A stretch of 64,000 nucleotides of DNA from Promethearchaeota archaeon (GCA_016839765.1 JAEOTP010000012.1:96001-160000); one strand, 5' to 3'. Positions 29,401-38,021 are shown, counted from the first letter of the stretch. The notes: a model not told the origin generated them from the letters alone. A program made the numbers and translations.

Positions 29401-30358
29401 GTATCATTAAACTTGTGTAATGCGACTTATTTGATAATGATAAAATATTGAAGAATTCACTAAATTCTTCAACATCCTCTTGTGAAATCGTTTGGTTATC
29501 TCCTATAAATTGTGAGAGATTACCAAAAATCGTTTCAAAATCGATATTTGTAAACTCTTCAAAGAGATTTTCAATTTCTAAGCTATAAATAAACGATAAA
29601 TCTAATGAGTCTAAATTAAAATTTACTTGATTTATTGATTCAAAAAGTTCTTTCTCAAAGAAATCTAATGAATTTAATAGGAAGTATGTAGAGGAAATAT
29701 GATGATTCATTAAATATTCTTCACTTGTTAATCGGTTGACATCTAAAGCCTTCCAATATCCATCCATTGGTAAATTGGTTGTTAATTCATGTAAGAAAAT
29801 CCCCCAATCTGGATAATATCCGATGAAAGGGAAGAAATTTGGTTCTGAAACGTTTATCATAATTAAGTCAATCTCAAATTTTCTTCTAATTATTTCAAGG
29901 GCTCTATCAGCTCTCATTTTTGCATCATCTTCATCGAGTTCCTCATCATAATAGAGAAAACCGGAGAAACCATTAAAACTCATTTCGTATTGATTAGAAA
30001 ATCCATTTTCATTTAAAACTCTGGGAAATATGCTTGGAGTAATGCCATTTGATGCGCTGAATAAAAGATTACACTGATAAAAAGCTGGATCTCGGAGATC
30101 GAAATGAGGTAATATATTAGTATCATTAGTAAAAAGAGACTGCTTAATTATTGATTTGTTGCCTGCGACAAACGCATTAATTTTTTCAGCGTATAAATCA
30201 GTGCCAGCAACATCAGCTGTTTTTAATGCATTATCTTCTGAAACATTATCAGAGGTTTCTTTAAAACTTAAATTTGAAAAATTTACAATTAAAATTGGAT
30301 TAAAAACCATAATTAAGATGCAGATAATTAAGACTTTTCTAACAATATTTTTAAACAT
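26405..30358 (-). CDS. Large secreted, C-terminally anchored cell-surface protein with DUF11/CARDB-like Ig domains (COG1361 S-layer-domain-like)
   Basis: N-terminal signal/anchor (RKVLIICILIMVFNPILIV), many NxS/T sequons, repeated Ig-type strands (VGDLNTYTLHFQNIG, IGDLFNLSLNLKNVG, SKSVSQNQIEVGDIITVNVTVVNTG), a C-terminal TM and a basic tail. Confidence 0.75.
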   Translation of the reverse strand: MFKNIVRKVLIICILIMVFNPILIVNFSNLSFKETSDNVSEDNALKTADVAGTDLYAEKINAFVAGNKSIIKQSLFTNDTNILPHFDLRDPAFYQCNLLFSASNGITPSIFPRVLNENGFSNQYEMSFNGFSGFLYYDEELDEDDAKMRADRALEIIRRKFEIDLIMINVSEPNFFPFIGYYPDWGIFLHELTTNLPMDGYWKALDVNRLTSEEYLMNHHISSTYFLLNSLDFFEKELFESINQVNFNLDSLDLSFIYSLEIENLFEEFTNIDFETIFGNLSQFIGDNQTISQEDVEEFSEFFNILSLSNKSHYTSLMIQYEGLEEAIQKDGINQYSFNLWNALNYSGDALRPSEKIFIALAGAFMSEIDITILCTDIIDATPKYFDLYDFLLEQIELILFYAGVDFDLDTVRDYTFELFWVDKGGIKQNYIKPVNLDDSTDFINFLPILGVQGLPGIPTGIFDPIQDFIVTYLINTSEPNIMIKKELVNENASFGVFKDFSFNITAENIGNETCWGVPTRFPLNLDDILSIITYPLVDANDFKDDLWDSVNKLYPNQYHSLEDFFNYDKDPRIFYFDTQGLGLIDRYYPNINNISNLWPYNKNADDVLADTFTTNSIYDDLLLFELDELQELFTNTYSIWNEENWKLKPGEKISYIYSNFSVDAFDSYTEFYQYNFTIKESFPNLPAIISGFSIMDTNPYMALTNDNESWIIESEEKYINQHELEVSFLFQNLTNIDLINYTLESISITINYTDPLNLLNFEIFNYSIEQYQDLEPFLTSSVNDTSTFSFTNKNGKLDWIFDPYAPNNYTIIVKIRGMDSNVFNVSINDFNIHFSYRDINEYKGQGSRILYSSMTGNVQYVKRSNSISLSTHNMSSIIAFSQLSNYNLRVGDLNTYTLHFQNIGTNIAQDVNISILIPGIIQDNNNFTIKDNYLNYFLPKLAPLEEKEISFTFYVPNSESIFSTVIIYKDTQLIANLNSSELNAKPNEVYLSALVDYYDYFPFVHALEIYLNSSNLAPSIGDLFNLSLNLKNVGPSTFSIEEINFTLGDQFGDLIYASPNHSLSLKNIEFNNIRTLNFTLKKNEWKGYYYPSIAYIDNKDNRIFQILSSTPIVLGNISFLISKSVSQNQIEVGDIITVNVTVVNTGTICIKNVTLSDIISFNQIEFKLIEGNLIKMIDHLEANENISISYKIKSKTQSLVTLKPASIDYYFLSKTKEISNQINVKIIIPTRIQVYFIFIPSLVSLLILTYFLWRTRKYRTKKHEIQRSEMVLFKKGPRESILKIENTLKEQLTKLDQEKDKIPKVIDNSTNNRGGE
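26409..26416 (-). promoter_or_regulatory. Shine-Dalgarno GGAGGTGA embedded in the last codons of the 1317-aa gene, serving the S8 protease
   Basis: The minus strand reads AGAGGAGGTGA-ATAAAGACA-CTG-AAA-AAG-AAG. Confidence 0.65.
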
Positions 30359-30376
30359 CTTTTAATATATTACCTC

Positions 30377-33300
30377 TTACATTGTTTCTCTGTAAATATC
30401 CACAATCTTTTTCTTACGGACTTTCCTCAATAAAATTTTCATTCCAATCAATGTTGCGATAATTGAAACTAAATATATAGTTATCATATTGCTTAAGGGG
30501 AATATCGGATTATTAGGTAAATTACTCAATACATTTATTGAAGATGATAATAATAATCCTGTTGCCCAGCCCACAATGACCCCCACAGTCCCACTACTTA
30601 ACATAATAATTAATGCTTCTATTGTAAATAAATGATTAATCTGTTTTCCTTTTAAACCTAAAGTTCGGATAATGCCTATTTCCTTCTTTCTTTCTATAAT
30701 AGTAGAATATGAAGATGATAATAAGCCAAATAAGGAAATAATGATCGTTGCATCAAGCGTTATTGTAAAAAATATATCTAATATTGAAAAAAATGATGTT
30801 TGTAAAATAACAGTTCTTTTAAGGTTAGTAACTTCGAAATCATAATCTCTTTCAAAATCATCTTCTATTAATTCCTCTATTGTCTGTGATGTTCCCAAGT
30901 CATTTGATCTTAATTTAATAAAAATTTTATCAACATAAGGGATGGGAGGTATATCCATAATATCGAGATAATTACTATGCGAAATCATAACTCCTCCCAT
31001 ACGAGCAGTTGAACTTGATCTACCAAAATATTCAGAAAATCCTGGCATACTCGCAGCAATACCAACTATTTGAAAGGTATATATTTCACTTTCTTCTCCT
31101 CTTTGCATAAATAAACTGATAAAATTATTTATTGTTAAATCCAAATTTACAGATAATCCTTCTGAAATAATACAAGTATACCCCTTATTAATATCAAATA
31201 ATTGATTAAAAGAATCGTCAATCCCTCCCTTTGTAAGTTCAATATAATTAGTATTTATTGTAGATGTGAATTCCTCATCGATTCCTAATAGAGTAACTTC
31301 TTGTGTAAATAACCCAATATAATCTCCTATTTCTACTGTGAATTCTTTATCCACTTCTGAATATATCTGAGTAAGATGAGAGGGACTTGCAATAACACTT
31401 GAAACTTTTTCAATACCCTCAATACCAAGTAAAACTTCTTCAAAATCAGTAGTAAGAATTCTTGTAGTGTCTATTGGATATTCAGTCGTTTGAGATTGAA
31501 TCATAATATCTTGAGAATAACAAATTTCATTCGAACCTTGAATAATAGCTTGGATACCAAAAGGACCTCCTCCTTGATCCAATCCCTCTTTTTCTTCCCA
31601 ACCTGTAGTTTCAATAACTAAATCTGATCCATATGATAAATTTGCTCCCATTTCAACTTGACTAGTAAGAAATTGAATTGCAGCTGCTGTAAAAATGACA
31701 AAAGAGAATGTAAAAGCAAAAGTAATAGTAGTGGTGGCATTTCTTCTTGCATAACGAAATATAAATATTCTATACACAGGAGCTAATTTCTTAGAAAATA
31801 GACGAAATACTTGAATAAAGAATCTTAAAACTAAAGGCATTAATCCCAATCCCGCTAAAGTAGTTCCAATAAGAAACACTATTAAAAGGGCAATTAAAGT
31901 CCCAGCTATTAAAGACATGTCTGCTGAAATTAATATTCTTGGAATTATTAAAAGCACAAAAGCGCCATTTGCTGCTAATATAACTCCCACAATAACTAAC
32001 TTATAATTCACGGAAGCTTTTTGTTGCAGATGATAAAGTGTATCTTCATGGCGATAAGGGTGAATTGACTCAATAAGTTGAAGACGCATTACTTTTAAAG
32101 CAGGGGACAAACTTACGATTATTCCTACAATGAGACCCATCAAATATGAGATGAGAAGAGACCAAAATGAGATGGAAAAAGCAAAATTTCCTGCTAAACC
32201 AGGGATAGTTTGGCCAGCAACGTTTTCTGCAATGGGTACTATGAGAAATTGAGTTGTTAAATAGGCTCCTAACATACCAAAAATTGTCCCAAAGTTACAT
32301 ATTAATAATCCTTGGACAAGGACTATCGATAAATTATATTTTTTTGTAGCACCAAGCGTTCTAAAAACCCCAAATTCCCTTATTCTTTCTTCTACTGAGG
32401 TTTTTAATATGCCATTGATTAATACTCCAGAAATTAACATTGATATCATCGATACGAAAACAAAAATGATTGTTATTCCAACACTTAACAGTTCTGAGAA
32501 TCCGAGAATCTCGAGTTTTGGTACTTCCACATTATATTGATTTATTCCAATCATTAGGCGAATATCTCCGGCTATTTTTCTTACCCGATCCTTAGATCCA
32601 CTTAAATCTCTAGCGTCATAAAATTCATTACCATTTTTGAATGTTAAAATCAATTCGTTAGATCTACCTTGAAAAGTTGCATTCCCAAAAATTTCATAAA
32701 GTGTTTCAACATCTACTATAATTAAAGGCCTATTTGTATATGAATATGGAAATTTCAACTGAAAATCAAATATTTTATCAATAGTAAAATTTTGTATTCT
32801 ATAATAACTCACATTCCCGTGGTATAATCTCATTCTAATTTCTATTGTATCATTAACAGCATACTTAATAATATCATTAAATTTATAGTAAATTGCGCAA
32901 TGATACAAGGGCAAAGATGGTAATTCAAGTAATTGGGTCGTTTCTGGCTTAACAAACGCCCCAAAATTTATTTCATTTTCTAATGTGAAGTTAATTCCTG
33001 AAATGAACACAGTTGTTCTCTGGTTAGTAAGAAGAGATGACTCAAAACCCTCAGAAATATTTATATTTCCCCATAAATCCATACGTGGTACGAAATTTCC
33101 AATTTCATCAAAATTTGATCTAATAGAATCGATTAATGGGTTAAATTCAAAATAATTTGATCGATCTTCAGGCTCATTATGGTAATGCCTAACACTTATT
33201 TTCATATCGGCATTTCCAGCATCAATCGCCATATAATCGATGTATGTAACGGCTATAGAATCAGATAAAAATAGGACTATCGCTAATAATCCCACAGAAA

Positions 33301-33391
33301 TCATTACACCAAAGATTCCGACTATAGTTCGTACTTTTTGCTTTCCTAAGTCCTTAAAAGCATATTTAAATACTAATTTGATATTTGACAT
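30377..33391 (-). CDS. Internally duplicated MacB/FtsX-type ABC permease (permease A)
   Basis: Same architecture as 18684-21659, with motifs EERIREFGVFRTLG and ERKKEIGIIRTLG. Shared YGSDLV and MPGF/IPGF segments show paralogy. Confidence 0.9.
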   Translation of the reverse strand: MSNIKLVFKYAFKDLGKQKVRTIVGIFGVMISVGLLAIVLFLSDSIAVTYIDYMAIDAGNADMKISVRHYHNEPEDRSNYFEFNPLIDSIRSNFDEIGNFVPRMDLWGNINISEGFESSLLTNQRTTVFISGINFTLENEINFGAFVKPETTQLLELPSLPLYHCAIYYKFNDIIKYAVNDTIEIRMRLYHGNVSYYRIQNFTIDKIFDFQLKFPYSYTNRPLIIVDVETLYEIFGNATFQGRSNELILTFKNGNEFYDARDLSGSKDRVRKIAGDIRLMIGINQYNVEVPKLEILGFSELLSVGITIIFVFVSMISMLISGVLINGILKTSVEERIREFGVFRTLGATKKYNLSIVLVQGLLICNFGTIFGMLGAYLTTQFLIVPIAENVAGQTIPGLAGNFAFSISFWSLLISYLMGLIVGIIVSLSPALKVMRLQLIESIHPYRHEDTLYHLQQKASVNYKLVIVGVILAANGAFVLLIIPRILISADMSLIAGTLIALLIVFLIGTTLAGLGLMPLVLRFFIQVFRLFSKKLAPVYRIFIFRYARRNATTTITFAFTFSFVIFTAAAIQFLTSQVEMGANLSYGSDLVIETTGWEEKEGLDQGGGPFGIQAIIQGSNEICYSQDIMIQSQTTEYPIDTTRILTTDFEEVLLGIEGIEKVSSVIASPSHLTQIYSEVDKEFTVEIGDYIGLFTQEVTLLGIDEEFTSTINTNYIELTKGGIDDSFNQLFDINKGYTCIISEGLSVNLDLTINNFISLFMQRGEESEIYTFQIVGIAASMPGFSEYFGRSSSTARMGGVMISHSNYLDIMDIPPIPYVDKIFIKLRSNDLGTSQTIEELIEDDFERDYDFEVTNLKRTVILQTSFFSILDIFFTITLDATIIISLFGLLSSSYSTIIERKKEIGIIRTLGLKGKQINHLFTIEALIIMLSSGTVGVIVGWATGLLLSSSINVLSNLPNNPIFPLSNMITIYLVSIIATLIGMKILLRKVRKKKIVDIYRETM

Positions 33392-33427
33392 TTATCACAA
33401 AAGTTTATAAATTAAAATTATACAAAT

Positions 33428-34606
33428 TTACTGGAGGATGAGTAAATCTCCTTCTACTTTTCCATTAATATTATTTTCTTTTAATAATTCTCTTAAAATA
33501 TCATCAAAATGCTCTGGTAAATTCATAATAATCGGAGTTGGAACACTAGTCTTAATATCATTTACATTTATTTCCGTTTTACCTTGATTAGCAAATAAAT
33601 ATCTAAAAATCATACCCTTACATTTTTCTTTATTTATTTCAGCTTCCTGTTTCCTTTTTAATTCCATTACAGCTGTTTCTTTCAAACCACCCACCTTTCC
33701 TTCATGTGTTAACTTTCCATCTCTCATATGAAAAACTCTCGTGGCGAACTCTGAAACCGCCGCATCATGGCTCACAGCTATAAATGTTGCACCTCTTCTA
33801 TTTAAATCTCTAAGAAGATTTAAAATCATAACTCCCGTTTTGCTATCAAGGTCTCCTGTAGGTTCATCCAATATTACAATAGCAGGATCGTTTGCAAAAG
33901 CTCTTGCTATAGCCACTCTTTGTTGCTCTCCACCTGATAGTTCTGATGGAGTATGATGAGCTCTTTCTTCAAGTTCAACAAGCCTTAATAAATCAAGTGC
34001 TTTTTTCCTTTTACCTCTCCTACTTAATTTACCGGAAAAATGCAAAGGGACCATCACATTTTCTTGAGCAGTCATTTGAGGTAAAAGATTATAAAATTGG
34101 AAAACAAAACCGATACTTTCTTTTCGAATATCTGCTAAATCATTGTCATTAAGCATTGAGATATTTTTACCCTCCAAAAAGATTTTTCCTCTTGTTGGAG
34201 TGTCCAAGCCACCAATTAAATTAAGTAATGTTGTTTTTCCACTTCCGCTCGGACCCATTATATCTATAAAATCTCTTTTATCAATAGTTAAGTCAACACC
34301 TCGGAGTGCGGCTACGGCTGTTGTTCCTAATAAGTAAGTTTTATGTAGGTTCTCAGCAACTATTAAATGAGCATAATCTTTTCCTATATCTCTTCCATGT
34401 TTAATATCTTCTTTAAGTTGCTTTCTCTCTTCGCGAGAAATGCTGAGCATTTCCAATTTTTGTTTTTTAATCTCGTCTTTTTGCTTTCTATTTTGCCATT
34501 TTTTAAAATCATTGCTTACTTTTCCTTTCCAAATTGCCAATTTTCCTGTTTCTTGTTCATATTCTTCCATTTCCGGGCTTTTTTTCATATTAGAATCTTC
34601 AGACAT
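33428..34606 (-). CDS. MacB/LolD-type ABC ATPase with N- and C-terminal accessory modules
   Basis: Walker A GPSGSGKTT, Q-loop FVFQFYNL, signature LSGGEQQR, Walker B ILDEPTGDLD, H-switch VSHD. About 78 extra N-terminal and about 90 extra C-terminal residues. Confidence 0.93.
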   Translation of the reverse strand: MSEDSNMKKSPEMEEYEQETGKLAIWKGKVSNDFKKWQNRKQKDEIKKQKLEMLSISREERKQLKEDIKHGRDIGKDYAHLIVAENLHKTYLLGTTAVAALRGVDLTIDKRDFIDIMGPSGSGKTTLLNLIGGLDTPTRGKIFLEGKNISMLNDNDLADIRKESIGFVFQFYNLLPQMTAQENVMVPLHFSGKLSRRGKRKKALDLLRLVELEERAHHTPSELSGGEQQRVAIARAFANDPAIVILDEPTGDLDSKTGVMILNLLRDLNRRGATFIAVSHDAAVSEFATRVFHMRDGKLTHEGKVGGLKETAVMELKRKQEAEINKEKCKGMIFRYLFANQGKTEINVNDIKTSVPTPIIMNLPEHFDDILRELLKENNINGKVEGDLLILQ

Positions 34607-34814
34607 GGTTTTTTACCTAAATAGATTAATTTAAAGTGAGATCAGTAATTGTTAAAGTTATTATAATTTAATAATGAAATTATCTTAATTTCTTTTTTTA
34701 TATTCTTAGGTTTAAGTGAATACTTTTAATTTTTTAAACCTTCAGATTCTAATAAAATAGAACTATAGAGCCATTTCTTTAATTAATCCATAAAACAAGT
34801 CTAATATAAAATTT

Positions 34815-35558
34815 TTAAACTTTTTCAAATAGATTACTATTTTCTTTTAAATACCTAAGAATAATTTCGCTTAATTCTTTTTCAGCATCCTTTTTCGTGT
34901 TAAATTGGCTAGATTCTAAATTTAATGGAATCTTTAATATCTCCTTTTCATTCTGATCTAATAATTTTGGATTTTTGGCAATCCATCGAAGATTATGTTG
35001 GGGCCCTAATTTCTCATATTCATATCTAATATTAGGAGTTAATTTTAACTTATTTTGTAAAAATTCTAATAATTCATTTTTAGAAAAATTAGATGATTCT
35101 TCAATAAAGAGATCCCAATTTTCTATGAAACGATCTATGATTTTTTGTTCCACTAATTTTAAATTATAATTAGAATCGATATAAAGGGCCCCGCAAATGG
35201 CTTCAAAAACATCTGCAAGGATAGAAGTGCCTTCTACACTTTGTTTTTTAGAGGAAAAAATATAGTTAATTAACCTCATATTTGAGGCGATTTTCGAAAA
35301 TGTGCGATTATTTTCTAAACATTGTTTAGTTTTAGTTAATTTTCCGGGATCATTTTCTCCTTCATTATAAATTTTAAGACTAAAAATCAATTTAATAATC
35401 GAATCTCCTAGGGTTTCTAGAATCTCATAATGTGGTAAATCGTTTTCGTTTCCATATTGTGGAGTTGTTAATGCTTGAAGCAGAATTTCAGAATTATTAA
35501 ATTTATAATCAATGAATTTTTGAAACTCTATTAATTTAAGCTCAATTTGCTTATTCAT
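34815..35558 (-). CDS. rnc: Ribonuclease III (RNase III domain + dsRBD)
   Basis: LLQALT, YEILETLGDS, LADVFEAICGALYID and a dsRBD (SKNELLEFLQ...GPQH...TKKDAEKE). Confidence 0.88.
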   Translation of the reverse strand: MNKQIELKLIEFQKFIDYKFNNSEILLQALTTPQYGNENDLPHYEILETLGDSIIKLIFSLKIYNEGENDPGKLTKTKQCLENNRTFSKIASNMRLINYIFSSKKQSVEGTSILADVFEAICGALYIDSNYNLKLVEQKIIDRFIENWDLFIEESSNFSKNELLEFLQNKLKLTPNIRYEYEKLGPQHNLRWIAKNPKLLDQNEKEILKIPLNLESSQFNTKKDAEKELSEIILRYLKENSNLFEKV

Positions 35559-35618
35559 AATCCTAACTATAAATATATTAAGAAAAATTTAAAAACTTAA
35601 ACAAAACTAATTTATTAT

Positions 35619-36044
35619 ATGGAAAAAGATAAGCTTGATGAAACCCTCTCAACTATTAAATCTATTGATAAAAAAAAAATAGAAATGGAAAAAAATCTAT
35701 CTGAATTACCTATTTTATCCAGAAAGGAAATGCTTATAGAAATAACAAACGATATTATAAAGCAACATAAGATTTTACATGAGGAGGGTTTCTCGAAAGA
35801 GAGTGCTTTTATATCTGAGCCTAGTGAGGCAGACTCTATTTCAGTTATTCTTGATGATTTAATTTCAAATATTAAAAAAACCCCTTCGAAGAAGATAATA
35901 TACCTACGATTATTTTTAGATAGATTTCATGAAATTTCTGAACAAGATAAAAATGTAATAATTCAATCTATAAAGGATGAGCATCCAGAAAAATTAAAAG
36001 AAAAAATACTCCCTTTAATTAGTGTATTTAAATTAGAAACTTAG
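35619..36044 (+). CDS. Hypothetical alpha-helical protein
   Basis: 141-aa ORF with typical composition, divergent from rnc. No motif recognised. Confidence 0.65.
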   Translation: MEKDKLDETLSTIKSIDKKKIEMEKNLSELPILSRKEMLIEITNDIIKQHKILHEEGFSKESAFISEPSEADSISVILDDLISNIKKTPSKKIIYLRLFLDRFHEISEQDKNVIIQSIKDEHPEKLKEKILPLISVFKLET

Positions 36045-36080
36045 AATTTTAAATAATAAGGAAATTTGGAATTGATACTT

Positions 36081-36476
36081 TTAATATTCAAACAATTTAA
36101 GTAAAACCAATACGTTTTTAATTCCTCTTATTTTCATTCTTCCTGTAAGGATTTTTCCAACTATACTCCCCATTGAAATGTCTTCTCCTCCTAATAAATC
36201 TACAAATATTTGAGTTTTCGCTTGTAATAATCCATCCCAACCAACTACTTTCTTTTTTATATTTTCTTTTGGTTTGTTTTCGATACCCTCAATATAGACA
36301 CTTCCTTTATCAATTACCAATAAAGCCGCATATTTGCCATCTTTTGCATTTAACAGAATTTTGAGTTCAGTATCCTTAAAGTCCTCTTTGAATTTTTCGA
36401 TGCTATTTAGCGGCTCTACTTGCTTTGCTACTACTCCTGCAAATCCTTTTAATCTTTTCTTCTTTTCCTCACTCAT
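36081..36476 (-). CDS. SCP2 sterol/lipid-binding-domain-like protein
   Basis: C-terminal WDGLLQAKTQIFVDLLGG...KILTGRMKIRGIKNVL matches the SCP2 pattern. Confidence 0.65.
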   Translation of the reverse strand: MSEEKKKRLKGFAGVVAKQVEPLNSIEKFKEDFKDTELKILLNAKDGKYAALLVIDKGSVYIEGIENKPKENIKKKVVGWDGLLQAKTQIFVDLLGGEDISMGSIVGKILTGRMKIRGIKNVLVLLKLFEY

Positions 36477-36604
36477 TAATATCCGCTCATTCTATTTTTT
36501 TTCTATTTAGTAATTAATTAAATCTAATATGATTTAAAGCTTTAAAAATTACAAAACTTTTAAATATTCTAGGTCAAAAGAAAGAACATGTAATGAACTA
36601 ATTA

Positions 36605-36631
36605 AGCACAGATCCCCTAATTACCTGCGCT
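36605..36631 (-). terminator. Stem-loop overlapping the stop codon of the TFS/RpoM-like gene
   Basis: The minus-strand RNA AGCGCAGGU-AAUUAGGGG-AUCUGUGCU forms a 9-bp stem with two G.U pairs, followed by U-rich sequence. Confidence 0.35.
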
Positions 36632-36884
36632 AATAACCATCAGCTTCTGAGATGTCAAAGAGATCCTCATAAGCCTTACGGTCTTCACCAGAAATCCTCT
36701 CTCCTCTCAATCCTTCTTTAATAATAATTGGAGCGGACTCTTTTTCATCATGTTTAATTGTTTTGACTAATTTGTAATCGTCTGGAGAATTTTTATCTAG
36801 TTCAAATTCTTGGTCACACGCTTTACAAAACAGTTTCTTTTTTTTCGGGATTAAGATATTGTCACAATTCGGGCAAAATCTCAT
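36630..36884 (-). CDS. TFS/RpoM (Rpb9/A12/C11-family) paralog with only the N-terminal zinc ribbon
   Basis: MRFCPNCDNILIP...LFCKACD and SD AGGTGAT. No second CxxC/acidic-hairpin ribbon. Confidence 0.75.
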   Translation of the reverse strand: MRFCPNCDNILIPKKKKLFCKACDQEFELDKNSPDDYKLVKTIKHDEKESAPIIIKEGLRGERISGEDRKAYEDLFDISEADGY

Positions 36885-37184
36885 CTTTCCGTGATCACCT
36901 TTTTAATGCTATAAATACTTTTCTATTCAGTTCATTTTTTTAAATTCAGAAATAATAAAAACGTATAATACTTATAAATTTAATTGAAACCGATAATAAT
37001 GTGACTCATTCAAATATATAAATTTTTCTTTCACATCAAAGTTGTATTATTATATCTTTGATAATTCTATAATCTCAAAAATTAAGTTCGACGGTTCTAT
37101 TTTTACATAGATAAGTAATTAAGTAAAACTATTTAAAAATTTGAAGGTTTTAAATCATATGTTCATTATGTATTTTGATTATAT

Positions 37185-37904
37185 ATGAAAGTTGACAAAT
37201 CTAAAATCTTAATTATTGGACATAAAGGAGCAAGTAAAAGTGAACCTGAAAACACATTAAGATCCTTTAGAAAAGCAATTGAGCTTCAAGCAGATTATAT
37301 TGAATTAGACGTTCAAGTATCAAAGGATGGAGAAATAGTCGTAATCCATGACTATGAAATTTCAAAATTAACTGGTCATAGTGGCAATGTTAAAGAAATG
37401 ACTCTTGATGAATTAAAACAATTAAACATTGGAGAAGGTGAGAAAATTCCAACTTTACAAGAAGTAATTATGCTAGCACAAGGGGAAATTGGATTACAAA
37501 TTGAGATAAAGGTCGAGAAAATTGGAAAAAAAATTATTGAAATGTTAAGAGATGCAAGTCTTATCGAGTCCACTATTATTAGTTCATTTATACATCACGA
37601 ATTAGTAAAAATTAAAAAGTTAGAGCCCGAGATTAAATTAGGTGCGCTAATTTCTGAAAGAATTTCAGAGCCAAGAGATTTAACAAACGCCACAAAGAGA
37701 GTTATAAAGAAAAAACTTTTTGCGATTCATCCCTATTTTGCTGGAGTTAATAGAGAATTGATAGAATTCGCACATAATAATAACTTAAAGGTTAATGTGT
37801 GGACATTAAATGATAAACCAGATATGGAAAGATTAATAAAACTTGGAGTCGATGGTATAATCACTAACGACATAGCCTTAGCAAAAGAATTGCTGGGCCG
37901 TTGA
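37185..37904 (+). CDS. Glycerophosphodiester phosphodiesterase (GlpQ/UgpQ family)
   Basis: IGHKGAS..PENTL.SF, IELDVQVSKDGEIVVIHD, IPTLQEV, IEIK, WTLN, GVDGIITN. Confidence 0.93.
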   Translation: MKVDKSKILIIGHKGASKSEPENTLRSFRKAIELQADYIELDVQVSKDGEIVVIHDYEISKLTGHSGNVKEMTLDELKQLNIGEGEKIPTLQEVIMLAQGEIGLQIEIKVEKIGKKIIEMLRDASLIESTIISSFIHHELVKIKKLEPEIKLGALISERISEPRDLTNATKRVIKKKLFAIHPYFAGVNRELIEFAHNNNLKVNVWTLNDKPDMERLIKLGVDGIITNDIALAKELLGR

Positions 37905-38021
37905 TCTTAATATCAATTTACATATTCTCCTCTTAATTCCATTGCTTTAAAAAATTATTTTAGCAAAAGATTATTATATCAATTAATTTTTACTTAAAAA
38001 AAAAATCTCTTATTTTTTACA

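Noticed and set aside
36477-36632. Stop-codon readthrough or frameshift restoring the TFS C-terminal ribbon
   Set aside because: After the TAG the frame reads CGC AGG TAA, and I saw no CxxC/acidic-hairpin coding sequence downstream.
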